This document shows positions 8,952-17,384 of a stretch of 64,000 nucleotides of DNA, piece by piece. Source of the stretch: an uncultured Candidatus Thioglobus sp. Its GTDB lineage: Bacteria; Pseudomonadota; Gammaproteobacteria; PS1; Pseudothioglobaceae. The position numbers and the translations under genes were made by a program. The DNA is taken from positions 5,739 through 69,738 of the forward strand of contig CAYFPI010000002.1 of assembly GCA_964344985.1 (NCBI GenBank), written 5' to 3'. Position 1 is the first letter of the stretch, and every line of letters starts with the position of its first letter. Below the pieces are notes generated by a model. It searched no databases. It was not told the DNA's origin and worked only from the letters and a program-made list of their open reading frames with translations.

Positions 8952-9761
8952 ATGCCAGAACTTCCTGAGGTTGAAACCACTAAACGTGGGCTTGCACCAT
9001 TAATTACCAATCAAGTTGTCTCTCAAGCGGTTTTGCATCGAGACAATTTGCGCTGGGAGATTCCTAAATATCTCAAAACCCTACTGCCTAATCAAATAGT
9101 TATTGCTATTAATAGACGTGGCAAGTATTTACTTATACAATTTGAAGTTGGTACATTAATTATTCATTTAGGCATGAGTGGATCGATCAAGTTAGTGGAC
9201 AGCAATGTGTCACTTGTTAAGCATGATCACTTTGAACTGAAGTTTAGCAACAATACTAGCATGCGTCTTAACGATCCACGGCGCTTTGGTGCGGTGCTGT
9301 TTTCTAAAGATGGCTCGCATACATTATTAGACAACTTAGGGGTTGAGCCACTAGAGAGTGATTTTGACGACAGATATTTATACAACAAGTCTCGTAAAAA
9401 ACAACAAAACATCAAGGCTTTTATTATGGACAGCAAGATTGTGGTTGGTGTGGGTAATATTTATGCATGTGAAAGTTTGTTTCAAACAGGGATTGATCCA
9501 GAACGTAAAGCAGGCAGTATTTCTAAAGCAAGATATCAGTTACTCACTCAACACGTTAAAGCTATTTTAAAAAAGGCTATTGAAGCTGGTGGTACCACAC
9601 TGCAGGATTTCTCAAATGTAGATGGCACGCCTGGCTATTTCACCCAAACTTTAAACGTGTATGGGCGTGAAGGCAAGCCGTGTAATAACTGTGGTGGTAA
9701 AATAGTGCGAATTACACAAAACCAACGTTCAACGTTTTATTGTAAAAACTGTCAAACATGA
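8952..9761 (+). CDS. mutM: formamidopyrimidine-DNA glycosylase
   Basis: It starts MPELPEVETTKRGL, which gives the catalytic Pro2. It has a C-terminal zinc finger CNNCGG...CKNCQ. The ATG at 8952 is preferred over the TTG at 8940. Confidence 0.95.
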   Translation: MPELPEVETTKRGLAPLITNQVVSQAVLHRDNLRWEIPKYLKTLLPNQIVIAINRRGKYLLIQFEVGTLIIHLGMSGSIKLVDSNVSLVKHDHFELKFSNNTSMRLNDPRRFGAVLFSKDGSHTLLDNLGVEPLESDFDDRYLYNKSRKKQQNIKAFIMDSKIVVGVGNIYACESLFQTGIDPERKAGSISKARYQLLTQHVKAILKKAIEAGGTTLQDFSNVDGTPGYFTQTLNVYGREGKPCNNCGGKIVRITQNQRSTFYCKNCQT

Positions 9762-10153
9762 GTGAAACACCACAAGAATTACTAGAAAGTAACTGTTCAA
9801 TCAACTCTGAGCCTTTTGCTCTTCAAAATCTGGGCAATTATATGGAGCCTGAGTTTAGTGAAAATTGCATTGTGATTATTGATCCAGGCATGGCGATTCA
9901 CAATCGTGCTTATGCTGTAGTGCGTTATGATGGGGATATGTATTTTCGTCAATACATTGAACGTGGAGATAATAAATTCTTAGTGCCGCTAAATACACAA
10001 CATGATGAAATTGAACTTAAAGGCGAGTTTGAAACAGTGGGTTGTGTGGTACAACAAAAACAACGCAAACAAAAACCACTACATTATTACCATCTTAATT
10101 CAACTACGGGTGAGATGGATTTCACCATATCTGGAAAAATCAAAGAAAAATAA
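9758..10153 (+). CDS. UmuD/LexA-like S24 peptidase-fold protein lacking the Ser/Lys dyad
   Basis: 131 aa. PFALQNLGNYMEPEF...IVIIDPG...AVVRYDGDMYFRQY...LVPLN...VGCVV aligns by eye to the S24 core. It has Y in place of the GDSM serine and R in place of the catalytic Lys. Its ATG overlaps the mutM stop (ATGA). Confidence 0.6.
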   Translation: MSETPQELLESNCSINSEPFALQNLGNYMEPEFSENCIVIIDPGMAIHNRAYAVVRYDGDMYFRQYIERGDNKFLVPLNTQHDEIELKGEFETVGCVVQQKQRKQKPLHYYHLNSTTGEMDFTISGKIKEK

Positions 10154-10164
10154 ATTTGAAGAAT

Positions 10165-10193
10165 TGAGGAAAGCCTTGCTTTCCTCATTTTTT
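10165..10193 (+). terminator. intrinsic terminator after the mutM / S24-like gene pair
   Basis: TGAGGAAAG-CCTTG-CTTTCCTCA followed by T6. Confidence 0.75.
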
Positions 10194-10916
10194 CTACTTA
10201 ATCCAAATTAAATGCGCCATGCGTCCTGAGGCACTACCATCTCTACGGTAAGAAAAATATTTGCCTTTTTGTGCGTAAGTACACTCATCACCACCAGTGA
10301 TAGACTCAACGCCTAGATTGTTTAAAACAACTCTAGCCGCTTGATAAATATCCAATTGATATTTATCGCCCTTTTGCATAAAAGCTGCGTCAAGCTTAGG
10401 ACTTTTATTAATAAACTGCTGATAAACCTCACTACCCACTTCAAAATTAGCTTGAGAAATGGCCGGGCCAAAATGCACAAGCATGTCATTTGTGTCGAAC
10501 TTATTTATAAAAGATTCTATTACCCCGCCCACAATACCTTTCCAGCCTGCATGCGCCACCCCTACCTGCGTGCCAGATTGGTTAGAGGCAAAAATTGGCA
10601 AGCAATCTGCTGTTAATACTGCACATACTTGATTTTTTTCTTTTGTTACCACAGCATCACCTGTGCACTCAGCAGATGAAAAATCCAGGCAAATATCAGA
10701 ATGAGTTTGCTCGAGCCATTTTGGCTCAGATGGTAAATTGTATTTACTGATTAATAATTCTCTATTGTTTTTAACTTTAGTAGCACTATCGCCCACGTGC
10801 AAGGCAAGGTTGAAATTATCGTATCCATCCTCTATTAAACAAGATCGGTTTTTTGTATCAAAAAAGCGAGTGGTTGTTAATAATTTAACATTGCTTGGAA
10901 AATCACTCGCTGTCAT
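10194..10916 (-). CDS. pgeF: YfiH/PgeF family peptidoglycan editing factor (purine nucleoside phosphorylase-like)
   Basis: 240 aa with motifs TADCLPI and HAGWKG. It sits in the conserved position downstream of rluD. Confidence 0.85.
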   Translation of the reverse strand: MTASDFPSNVKLLTTTRFFDTKNRSCLIEDGYDNFNLALHVGDSATKVKNNRELLISKYNLPSEPKWLEQTHSDICLDFSSAECTGDAVVTKEKNQVCAVLTADCLPIFASNQSGTQVGVAHAGWKGIVGGVIESFINKFDTNDMLVHFGPAISQANFEVGSEVYQQFINKSPKLDAAFMQKGDKYQLDIYQAARVVLNNLGVESITGGDECTYAQKGKYFSYRRDGSASGRMAHLIWIK

Positions 10917-11847
10917 AAGTAGATAACACCGCTAACAAATCTTGCATGTCTTGTGGGAGTGGCGCCTTCCAAGACATTTGTTCACCTGTAATTGGATGAG
11001 AGAGTGTGAGTTTTTTAGCGTGGAGCGCTTGGCGATTAAAACCTTTAAGCACTTCTTTTAACCCGTCAGCTGCTTTTTTAGGAAAGCGAATCTTGCCGCC
11101 ATACATGGAATCAGCAACAAGCGGATGATCAATATAGGACATGTGTACACGAATTTGGTGAGTACGCCCTGTTTCCAAAATACATTTAACGTGTGTGTGA
11201 TGTGCAAAGCGATCAATCACGCGGTAATGTGTAATAGCATCTTTGCCTGTTTCAACCACAGCCTGCTTGATACGGTCTTTAGGATCGCGACCAATTGGCT
11301 CATCTATCGTACCACCAGAAATCATATGGCCGTAAACAATGGCGGAGTATTCGCGAGATACTGCGTGAATCTGTAATTGCTCACTTAGGTTTTTTTGCGC
11401 CAGCTCACTGCGCGCCACCACCATCAATCCTGAAGTGTTTTTATCAAGCCTATGAACAATACCAGCTCGGTCAAGCTTGGCGAGTGATGGGTCATAATAC
11501 AAAAGTGCATTAGCCAGTGTTCCTGTCCAATTACCAGCACCAGGGTGTGTTACTAGGCCTACCGGCTTATTAACAACAATAATATCATCATCTTCATACA
11601 CCACATCAATGGCAATATCCTCGCCCTGCCATTCGTTGGTTTTTTCTTGTTTAACACTCAGTGCAATCACCTCACCACCCAAGATCTTCTCTTTAGGTTT
11701 AAAGGTTTTATTATTAAGTAGTGCATCGCCTTTTTTTACCCAAGTGGTAATTTTAGAGCGCGAATAGTCCGGCAACATAGTGGCTAATGCACTATCAATG
11801 CGCTGACCGATTAGGCGATCTGGAATGACGATGTTTAATAAATTCAT
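10903..11847 (-). CDS. rluD: 23S rRNA pseudouridine 1911/1915/1917 synthase
   Basis: 314 aa with an S4 domain and the HRLDKNTSGLMVVA catalytic motif. Confidence 0.9.
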   Translation of the reverse strand: MNLLNIVIPDRLIGQRIDSALATMLPDYSRSKITTWVKKGDALLNNKTFKPKEKILGGEVIALSVKQEKTNEWQGEDIAIDVVYEDDDIIVVNKPVGLVTHPGAGNWTGTLANALLYYDPSLAKLDRAGIVHRLDKNTSGLMVVARSELAQKNLSEQLQIHAVSREYSAIVYGHMISGGTIDEPIGRDPKDRIKQAVVETGKDAITHYRVIDRFAHHTHVKCILETGRTHQIRVHMSYIDHPLVADSMYGGKIRFPKKAADGLKEVLKGFNRQALHAKKLTLSHPITGEQMSWKAPLPQDMQDLLAVLSTYDSE

Positions 11848-12005
11848 GATGAGTATTTTACTTGTTAATTAATACTATGTAATTACAAGCATATTTTCTT
11901 TTTACAAGGAAAATTGCTAAATTATTGATTGAACATGGTAGCAATCTATATGATTGAAATAATTTAGTGATTTGACGCCGTAAAAAGGAAAAAGGCGAAG
12001 TAATT

Positions 12006-12083
12006 TGGCGTCGCGTAAGAGATTTGAACTCCTGTTACCAGGATGAAATCCTGGGGTCCTGGGCCGGACTAGACGAACGCGAC
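12006..12083 (-). tRNA. tRNA-Glu (anticodon UUC), copy 1
   Basis: The reverse complement is GTCGCGTTCGTCTAGTCCGGCCCAGGACCCCAGGATTTCATCCTGGTAACAGGAGTTCAAATCTCTTACGCGACGCCA. It folds as a cloverleaf with an encoded CCA and resembles E. coli tRNA-Glu. Confidence 0.85.
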
Positions 12084-12135
12084 AAAAGTATTTTAATCGA
12101 GAAATTGTTTTGTTGTTCATCAATTTCAACGGGCG

Positions 12136-12169
12136 AAAAAAAAACCTGATTTTATTAAATCAGGTTTTT
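12136..12169 (-). terminator. intrinsic terminator between the two tRNA-Glu genes
   Basis: The minus strand reads AAACCTGATTT-loop-AAATCAGGTTT followed by T9. Confidence 0.7.
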
Positions 12170-12176
12170 AAGTGTA

Positions 12177-12251
12177 TGGCATCGCCTAGGAGAATCGAAC
12201 TCCTCTTACAAGGATGAAAACCTTGGGTCCTAACCGATAGACGAAGGCGAC
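12177..12251 (-). tRNA. tRNA-Glu (anticodon UUC), copy 2, divergent sequence
   Basis: The reverse complement is GTCGCCTTCGTCTATCGGTTAGGACCCAAGGTTTTCATCCTTGTAAGAGGAGTTCGATTCTCCTAGGCGATGCCA. It forms a cloverleaf, with position 1-72 as G-U. Confidence 0.85.
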
Positions 12252-12269
12252 ATAACATTTTTTTGCTTC

Positions 12270-12345
12270 TGGTGGAGCTAAGCGGGATCGAACCGCTGAC
12301 CCCGACACTGCCAGTGTCGTGCTCTCCCAGCTGAGCTATAGCCCC
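12270..12345 (-). tRNA. tRNA-Ala (anticodon GGC)
   Basis: The reverse complement is GGGGCTATAGCTCAGCTGGGAGAGCACGACACTGGCAGTGTCGGGGTCAGCGGTTCGATCCCGCTTAGCTCCACCA. It has the G3-U70 identity pair. Confidence 0.9.
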
Positions 12346-12388
12346 AGTGGATGGTCTTTAGCAAAAGAAGTAAATTATAATCCCTAAC

Positions 12389-12418
12389 TTGAAATAGTCA
12401 AGACATAATTGGTAAAAT
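12389..12418 (+). promoter_or_regulatory. putative sigma70 promoter placed for a leaderless transcript of the 12425 gene
   Basis: TTGAAA, an 18-nt spacer, then TAAAAT, which ends 6 nt before the ATG. No Shine-Dalgarno is visible. Confidence 0.3.
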
Positions 12419-12424
12419 ATTTGC

Positions 12425-13147
12425 ATGAAAACACAAACATTTGAAGAAAAAACTTATACGCTGGATATTATGTACCACATGGGTACGTATGAAAACTCCA
12501 TTCATTTTGTGTTTGATCACATGAGCAAAACTTGCGCTATTATTGATCCGGCTTGGCATGGTGATTTATTTATTAAGCATGCTAAAGACAAGGGTTATGA
12601 AATTACTGATATCTGGCTAACCCATTGGCATGGTGATCATATGAATGCTGCGGATGAAATTGCAAGCAAAACAGGTGCAAAAATCACAGCTGGTATTAAT
12701 GAACTACCCTACCTTCAACTAGAGCATGAAGTAATTAGTGTTAAGGATAATGATGAGATTTATCTAGGGGATACCAAAGCCACTATTATTAACACACCTG
12801 GGCATACAGCAGGTGGCGTGTGTTATTTATTAGATGGTCATATTATTGTTGGTGATACATTATTTGTTTATGGTGCAGGACACTGTTCTTTACCAGGGGG
12901 TAGTATCAATGAACTGTTTCACTCCATGCAAAAACTAAAAACAGTAGATGATGATGTTATGCTACATTGCGGGCATGACTACGGGTGCAAAATCAACACC
13001 ACCATGGGTGAGCAGAAACAAGGCAATGCCTTTTTAGTGATTGACAATGAAGATGATTTTGTCAGCTATGTTGATGGCATGCAACAAGGGATGATTGCTT
13101 ATCCAACGGGTGCCGTTACTTATAATGAAATAAAAGCCATGCTATGA
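12425..13147 (+). CDS. MBL-fold metallo-hydrolase (glyoxalase II-like)
   Basis: 240 aa with the THWHGDH metal-binding motif, plus downstream PGHT and GHDY elements. Confidence 0.75.
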   Translation: MKTQTFEEKTYTLDIMYHMGTYENSIHFVFDHMSKTCAIIDPAWHGDLFIKHAKDKGYEITDIWLTHWHGDHMNAADEIASKTGAKITAGINELPYLQLEHEVISVKDNDEIYLGDTKATIINTPGHTAGGVCYLLDGHIIVGDTLFVYGAGHCSLPGGSINELFHSMQKLKTVDDDVMLHCGHDYGCKINTTMGEQKQGNAFLVIDNEDDFVSYVDGMQQGMIAYPTGAVTYNEIKAML

Positions 13148-13689
13148 TTGGATTTTTTGGTGGGTCGTTTGACCCTGTTCATTACGGTCATTTAGAAAAT
13201 GCCAGATCAATAAAAAAAGAGCTTAATTTAGATAAGTTGTTTTTAATGCCTTGTGCAACGCCTGTGCATAAAGACGGGTTAACATTTAGCACAAACCAAC
13301 GCCTAGACATGCTTAACCTTGCAATCAAGGAGTTTTCTGAATTATCGATTGACACTCGAGAAATTAACAGGGAAACACCCTCTTATACCATTGACTCTTT
13401 AAAGCAAATCAAACGAGATTGCCCCAATGAGAAAATTTTCTTTATTATGGGTGCTGATAGTTTTGCTAATATCAATACTTGGAAGAACCATGAACAGCTA
13501 GGTGAGTACGCAACTTTGGTTGTGCTACCAAGAGAAGACAACAAAATATTTAACAAAGATGATATTTACTTTGCAAAAACGCCACTCATCGACATCTCAT
13601 CGACACAGATTCGAAGTAAAATAGCCAAGCATCAAAACTTATCAGCATTAATGCCAACAAGTATTATTGAATATATTAAAAACTTATGA
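13144..13689 (+). CDS. nadD: nicotinate-nucleotide adenylyltransferase
   Basis: 181 aa with the GGSFDPVHYGH motif. It forms the conserved nadD-rsfS-rlmH array with 4-nt overlaps. Confidence 0.85.
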   Translation: MIGFFGGSFDPVHYGHLENARSIKKELNLDKLFLMPCATPVHKDGLTFSTNQRLDMLNLAIKEFSELSIDTREINRETPSYTIDSLKQIKRDCPNEKIFFIMGADSFANINTWKNHEQLGEYATLVVLPREDNKIFNKDDIYFAKTPLIDISSTQIRSKIAKHQNLSALMPTSIIEYIKNL

Positions 13690-14018
13690 ATTTAGACCAG
13701 CAAATTAAAGTCGTTACTGACACTATTGAAGAGCTTAAAGGCGAAGACATTGTTACTCTTAAAGTGCTTGAACAAAGTGCAGATATTGAAGCCATTATTA
13801 TTGCCACTGGTAGGTCTAATCAGCACACGCGAGGTATTGCTAATAATATTAAAATTGAAGCTAAGCGCTTAGGCATGAAAGTCTCTGGTGTTGAAGGTAC
13901 TGAAACTGGACACTGGATCTTGGTTGACTTGGCTGAAGTAGTTGTACATGTTATGACTGAAAAAACTCGTGAATTTTACAAATTAGAAAAGCTCTGGTCT
14001 GGTTCTGAAAGTAGCTAA
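13686..14018 (+). CDS. rsfS: ribosome silencing factor RsfS (iojap)
   Basis: 110 aa with the DLxxVVVHVM...REFYxLExLW signature. Confidence 0.85.
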   Translation: MNLDQQIKVVTDTIEELKGEDIVTLKVLEQSADIEAIIIATGRSNQHTRGIANNIKIEAKRLGMKVSGVEGTETGHWILVDLAEVVVHVMTEKTREFYKLEKLWSGSESS

Positions 14019-14023
14019 AACTC

Positions 14024-14491
14024 ATGAAGATCAACTTAATTGCCATTGGCAAAAAAATGCCTGACTGGGTGCAATCTGGCATTGATCATTATCAAAAACA
14101 ACTACCAAACTCACTTAACTTTACATTGGTCACACTTGAGGCGCAAAAACGTAAAGGTAAAAATATAACGCAAATAAAAGAGCTAGAAGGTAAGTTGCTT
14201 ATTAAGGCCTCACAAGGGTCAAATTTGGTTATTACTTTTGATGAGCATGGCAAACAACATACAACCAAAGCCATTGCTAAACAATTAGAAAATTGGCAAC
14301 AAAATGGAGACAATGTATCGTTATTAATTGGTGGTGCTGATGGTTTGAGTGACGGCGTTAAAAAACACGCTCAACAGTCATGGGGGTTATCAAATTTGAC
14401 ACTACCTCATTCTATGGCTAGACTACTGGCGGTTGAGCAAATTTATCGTGCTCACTCATTATTAAACAATCATCCTTATCATCGGGAATAA
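14024..14491 (+). CDS. rlmH: 23S rRNA (pseudouridine1915-N3)-methyltransferase
   Basis: 155 aa SPOUT protein with IGGADGL and HPYHRE at the C-terminus. Confidence 0.9.
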   Translation: MKINLIAIGKKMPDWVQSGIDHYQKQLPNSLNFTLVTLEAQKRKGKNITQIKELEGKLLIKASQGSNLVITFDEHGKQHTTKAIAKQLENWQQNGDNVSLLIGGADGLSDGVKKHAQQSWGLSNLTLPHSMARLLAVEQIYRAHSLLNNHPYHRE

Positions 14492-14538
14492 TACAAATGA
14501 GGAAGGCAAGACCTTTCTCACATAAACAGGAAAAAAAC

Positions 14539-15201
14539 ATGAAATTAGAACTGATTAGCTTTAAACTTTGCCCATTTGCACAGCGTGCTATTATTTCACT
14601 TAATCAACAAAATATTGATTTTGAAATAACCTACATCAATCCTATGGATCCACCTGATTGGTTTAAAGAAATCTCTCCTACTGGACAAGTGCCTTTATTA
14701 AAAGCTGATGATCAAATTATTTTTGAATCTAATGTGATTACTGAATTTATTAATGATATTGGCAGCAAGAGTACTCACCCTACCGACCCAATCCAAAAAG
14801 CCAACAACCGATCTTGGATGGCATTTTCATCGACCATGTTTGATGATTTGTTTGGTATGGTGACAGGTGATGAAGAAAAATTCAACAACTCAAAAAATGC
14901 TTTATTTGGTAAGCTTGAAAAAATTGAACAAGCCAAAGGGGAAAGTAACTTTTTCAATGGCGATGAATTTAATATGATTGACGCAGCATTCGCTCCTATT
15001 TTTATGCGCCTTGCTTGGATTAATGAGTTTACTAATGATGCTTTATCACTATCAGAATTTAAACATTTAAGTGCTTGGAGTGACACTATTTTATCACTTG
15101 ATGTGGTTAAAAACTCTGTGGTTGATGGGCTAGACGACGTGTACTACTCAAACATTGAAGGTCGTGAAGGGCACCTGTCAACTCTTCTGGTTGACGAGTA
15201 A
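14539..15201 (+). CDS. glutathione S-transferase family protein (Cys-type, CPF motif)
   Basis: It has a thioredoxin-like N-domain, MKLELISFKLCPFAQRA...GQVPLL. The ATG at 14539 after AGGA is preferred over the track start at 14497. Confidence 0.7.
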   Translation: MKLELISFKLCPFAQRAIISLNQQNIDFEITYINPMDPPDWFKEISPTGQVPLLKADDQIIFESNVITEFINDIGSKSTHPTDPIQKANNRSWMAFSSTMFDDLFGMVTGDEEKFNNSKNALFGKLEKIEQAKGESNFFNGDEFNMIDAAFAPIFMRLAWINEFTNDALSLSEFKHLSAWSDTILSLDVVKNSVVDGLDDVYYSNIEGREGHLSTLLVDE

Positions 15202-15214
15202 TTATAAAAAACCT

Positions 15215-15562
15215 CTAGATGATGTTTAATACATTTTCTGGAGGTCTGCCAATTACCACGCCTTTATCAGTTTTTACAATAGGTCTTTCAATTAACTTAG
15301 GCGTGTTTAACATTGCCTCAATTAGTTGATTGTCACTAAGTAAGTCATCACCCAAACCCTGTTCTTTGTATTCAGCCTCACCCTTGCGCATTAATTCACG
15401 AGGACTCATGTTTAACTCTTTTAACAATGCAATCAATTCATCCTTGCTAGGTGGTGTGTCCAGGTATTTAATTACTTTAAAGTCCTCATTTTTTTCTTCT
15501 AAAATAGCCAGAGTTGCTCGTGATTTTGAGCATCTTGGATTGTGATAAATTAATGTTGACAT
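15215..15562 (-). CDS. arsC: ArsC/YfgD family reductase
   Basis: 115 aa with the IYHNPRCSKSR active-site motif. Confidence 0.8.
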   Translation of the reverse strand: MSTLIYHNPRCSKSRATLAILEEKNEDFKVIKYLDTPPSKDELIALLKELNMSPRELMRKGEAEYKEQGLGDDLLSDNQLIEAMLNTPKLIERPIVKTDKGVVIGRPPENVLNII

Positions 15563-15570
15563 AACTTCTA

Positions 15571-16095
15571 ATGATTAAAAAAATATTTACAGCGCTTATT
15601 CTAATAGCACCTCTTGGCTTTGTGCAAGCAATTACCGTTAATGAAATTGTGGACTCTGCCAAAAAAGCCTGGAGTAGTGAAAAAGAAATTAAAGTGCCTG
15701 ATTTTTCTTTAACAGATATTGAGGGCAATATTCATACTGACGAATCTACCAAGGGTAAATATCTAGTGGTTAACTTTTGGGCAACATGGTGTCCGCCTTG
15801 TTTAAAAGAAATTCCAGCCTTTGTTGAATTTTATGAAAACAATAAAGATAAAGTGTTAATCCTAGGCCTTGACTACGAGCAAGCTGACAAAAAAAGCATT
15901 ATCGAATTTACTGACACATTTATGGTGAGTTATCCAATCATTCTATTTGATAAAAATAACGGCAAACAATTTGCTGGTTTTGGCGATGTATTTGGTATGC
16001 CGACTACTTATGTTTACAATCCTGAAGGAAAATTGGTTGATTTTCGCATGGGAGAAATGGATATAGAGGCTCTAGAAGAGGCTATCTTAAAGTAG
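15571..16095 (+). CDS. periplasmic TlpA/ResA-like thiol:disulfide oxidoreductase (copy 1 of 3 in the window)
   Basis: 174 aa with a signal peptide and WATWCPPCLKEIP. Confidence 0.8.
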   Translation: MIKKIFTALILIAPLGFVQAITVNEIVDSAKKAWSSEKEIKVPDFSLTDIEGNIHTDESTKGKYLVVNFWATWCPPCLKEIPAFVEFYENNKDKVLILGLDYEQADKKSIIEFTDTFMVSYPIILFDKNNGKQFAGFGDVFGMPTTYVYNPEGKLVDFRMGEMDIEALEEAILK

Positions 16096-17028
16096 CCACT
16101 GCTTAGACTCACCACCCGTATCACGCACTAATTTGGGTACTAAATAACCACTGAGTCTTTTTTGTAGTTGCTGGTGTAAATCAGTTGCAGATTTATCACT
16201 TACTAAAAAACCCTCTGATCCTTTTACTTTGTCTAGCATGTGCAGATAATAAGGCAATATACCTATGTCAAATAACTTCAAGCTAAGCGACTCAAGGGTG
16301 TCGGTCGCATCATTCACACCTTTTAATAGTACCGATTGATTTAAAAGCATCACATTCGTAAAATTTCTAATATTTTTTACAAAGCCATCTGAGATTTCCC
16401 TTTCATGATTGATATGCGTCACTAGCACCACTTTTAGGCGAGTTTTTGCCAGTATTTTGGCAAGTTTTTCAGTTATTCGGCTTGGCACAACAACTACCGA
16501 GCGTGAATGAATACGCAGTGTATGTACATTCGTAAAATTTTCAATATTTTTAATAAGTTTTTCCAGTTTATCATCACTCAAACTCAAAGGGTCTCCGCCA
16601 CTTAAGACAACTTCATTGATTTGTATATTGTCTTTAATATAACTTTCAATGGCTGGCCAATTACTAAGCGCATCATGTTGCGAATAATTAAAATTTTGAC
16701 GAAAGCAATATTGACAATGAATAGCGCATACCTGTGAGGTAATGAGCAAAACTCTATTTGGGTATTTATGAATTAAACCCTCAATGGGAGAGTACTTATC
16801 ATCAGCCAATGGCTCATCTAGAAAATCTGCTTTAGAGAAGGTGTATGTCTGAGGTAGGACCTGCCTAAGTAGTGGGTCTTCTAGATTGCTACTATCAATA
16901 AGGCTGGCAAAATCTATTGGAATTTTGATAGGAAAAGATTGATCTGAAAATGCATCAGTTTGAAAAAACTCATTACACTGTTTAGCGCCTTTTAAGCTTA
17001 AACGAGAGTCTTGCTGCCAGGTATTCAT
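16087..17028 (-). CDS. epmB: EF-P beta-lysylation radical-SAM protein (lysine 2,3-aminomutase-like)
   Basis: 313 aa with the CAIHCQYCFRQ radical-SAM motif. It is YjeK-like throughout. Confidence 0.85.
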   Translation of the reverse strand: MNTWQQDSRLSLKGAKQCNEFFQTDAFSDQSFPIKIPIDFASLIDSSNLEDPLLRQVLPQTYTFSKADFLDEPLADDKYSPIEGLIHKYPNRVLLITSQVCAIHCQYCFRQNFNYSQHDALSNWPAIESYIKDNIQINEVVLSGGDPLSLSDDKLEKLIKNIENFTNVHTLRIHSRSVVVVPSRITEKLAKILAKTRLKVVLVTHINHEREISDGFVKNIRNFTNVMLLNQSVLLKGVNDATDTLESLSLKLFDIGILPYYLHMLDKVKGSEGFLVSDKSATDLHQQLQKRLSGYLVPKLVRDTGGESKQWLL

Positions 17029-17037
17029 AATAGGCGT

Positions 17038-17064
17038 AAAAAAAGCCCCTAAACGGGGCTTTTT
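17038..17064. terminator. hairpin terminator AGCCCC-TAAAC-GGGGCT flanked by A7 and T5
   Basis: It lies directly downstream of the 61-aa gene on the minus strand. Confidence 0.7.
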
Positions 17065-17082
17065 ATTCGCGTTACTTAAGTC

Positions 17083-17268
17083 TTAACAAAAGTTAGCAAA
17101 ATTTTCGTCTGTGTGCTCTTTGCCATCTTCGTAGCCAGCTTCCCACTCATCAGTAATTCTTTGCTCTTCAATCTCAGGATTGTTTAAGAAACCTGCAACC
17201 CAACCTTGAATGTAGTTGTCGTTTACGCCCATTTCTTCCATTTTTTTAACGCCTTCGTAGTAAGTCAT
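17083..17268 (-). CDS. small acidic protein of unknown function
   Basis: 61 aa. A strong AAGGAG lies 8 nt before the ATG, and it has its own terminator. Confidence 0.6.
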   Translation of the reverse strand: MTYYEGVKKMEEMGVNDNYIQGWVAGFLNNPEIEEQRITDEWEAGYEDGKEHTDENFANFC

Positions 17269-17384
17269 TACTGTTACTCCTTAATAATGTTTATAATTTT
17301 GTTTGGCTCTAGTCAGGCACTTTGCGCTGACATCAGAGAAAGATAATATTATAACCATTTAATTCCATAAAACAAGAAAAAATC

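Noticed and set aside
11917-12129. 70-aa minus-strand ORF
   Set aside because: It is fully occupied by tRNA-Glu copy 1 and its flanks, so the translation is an artefact.
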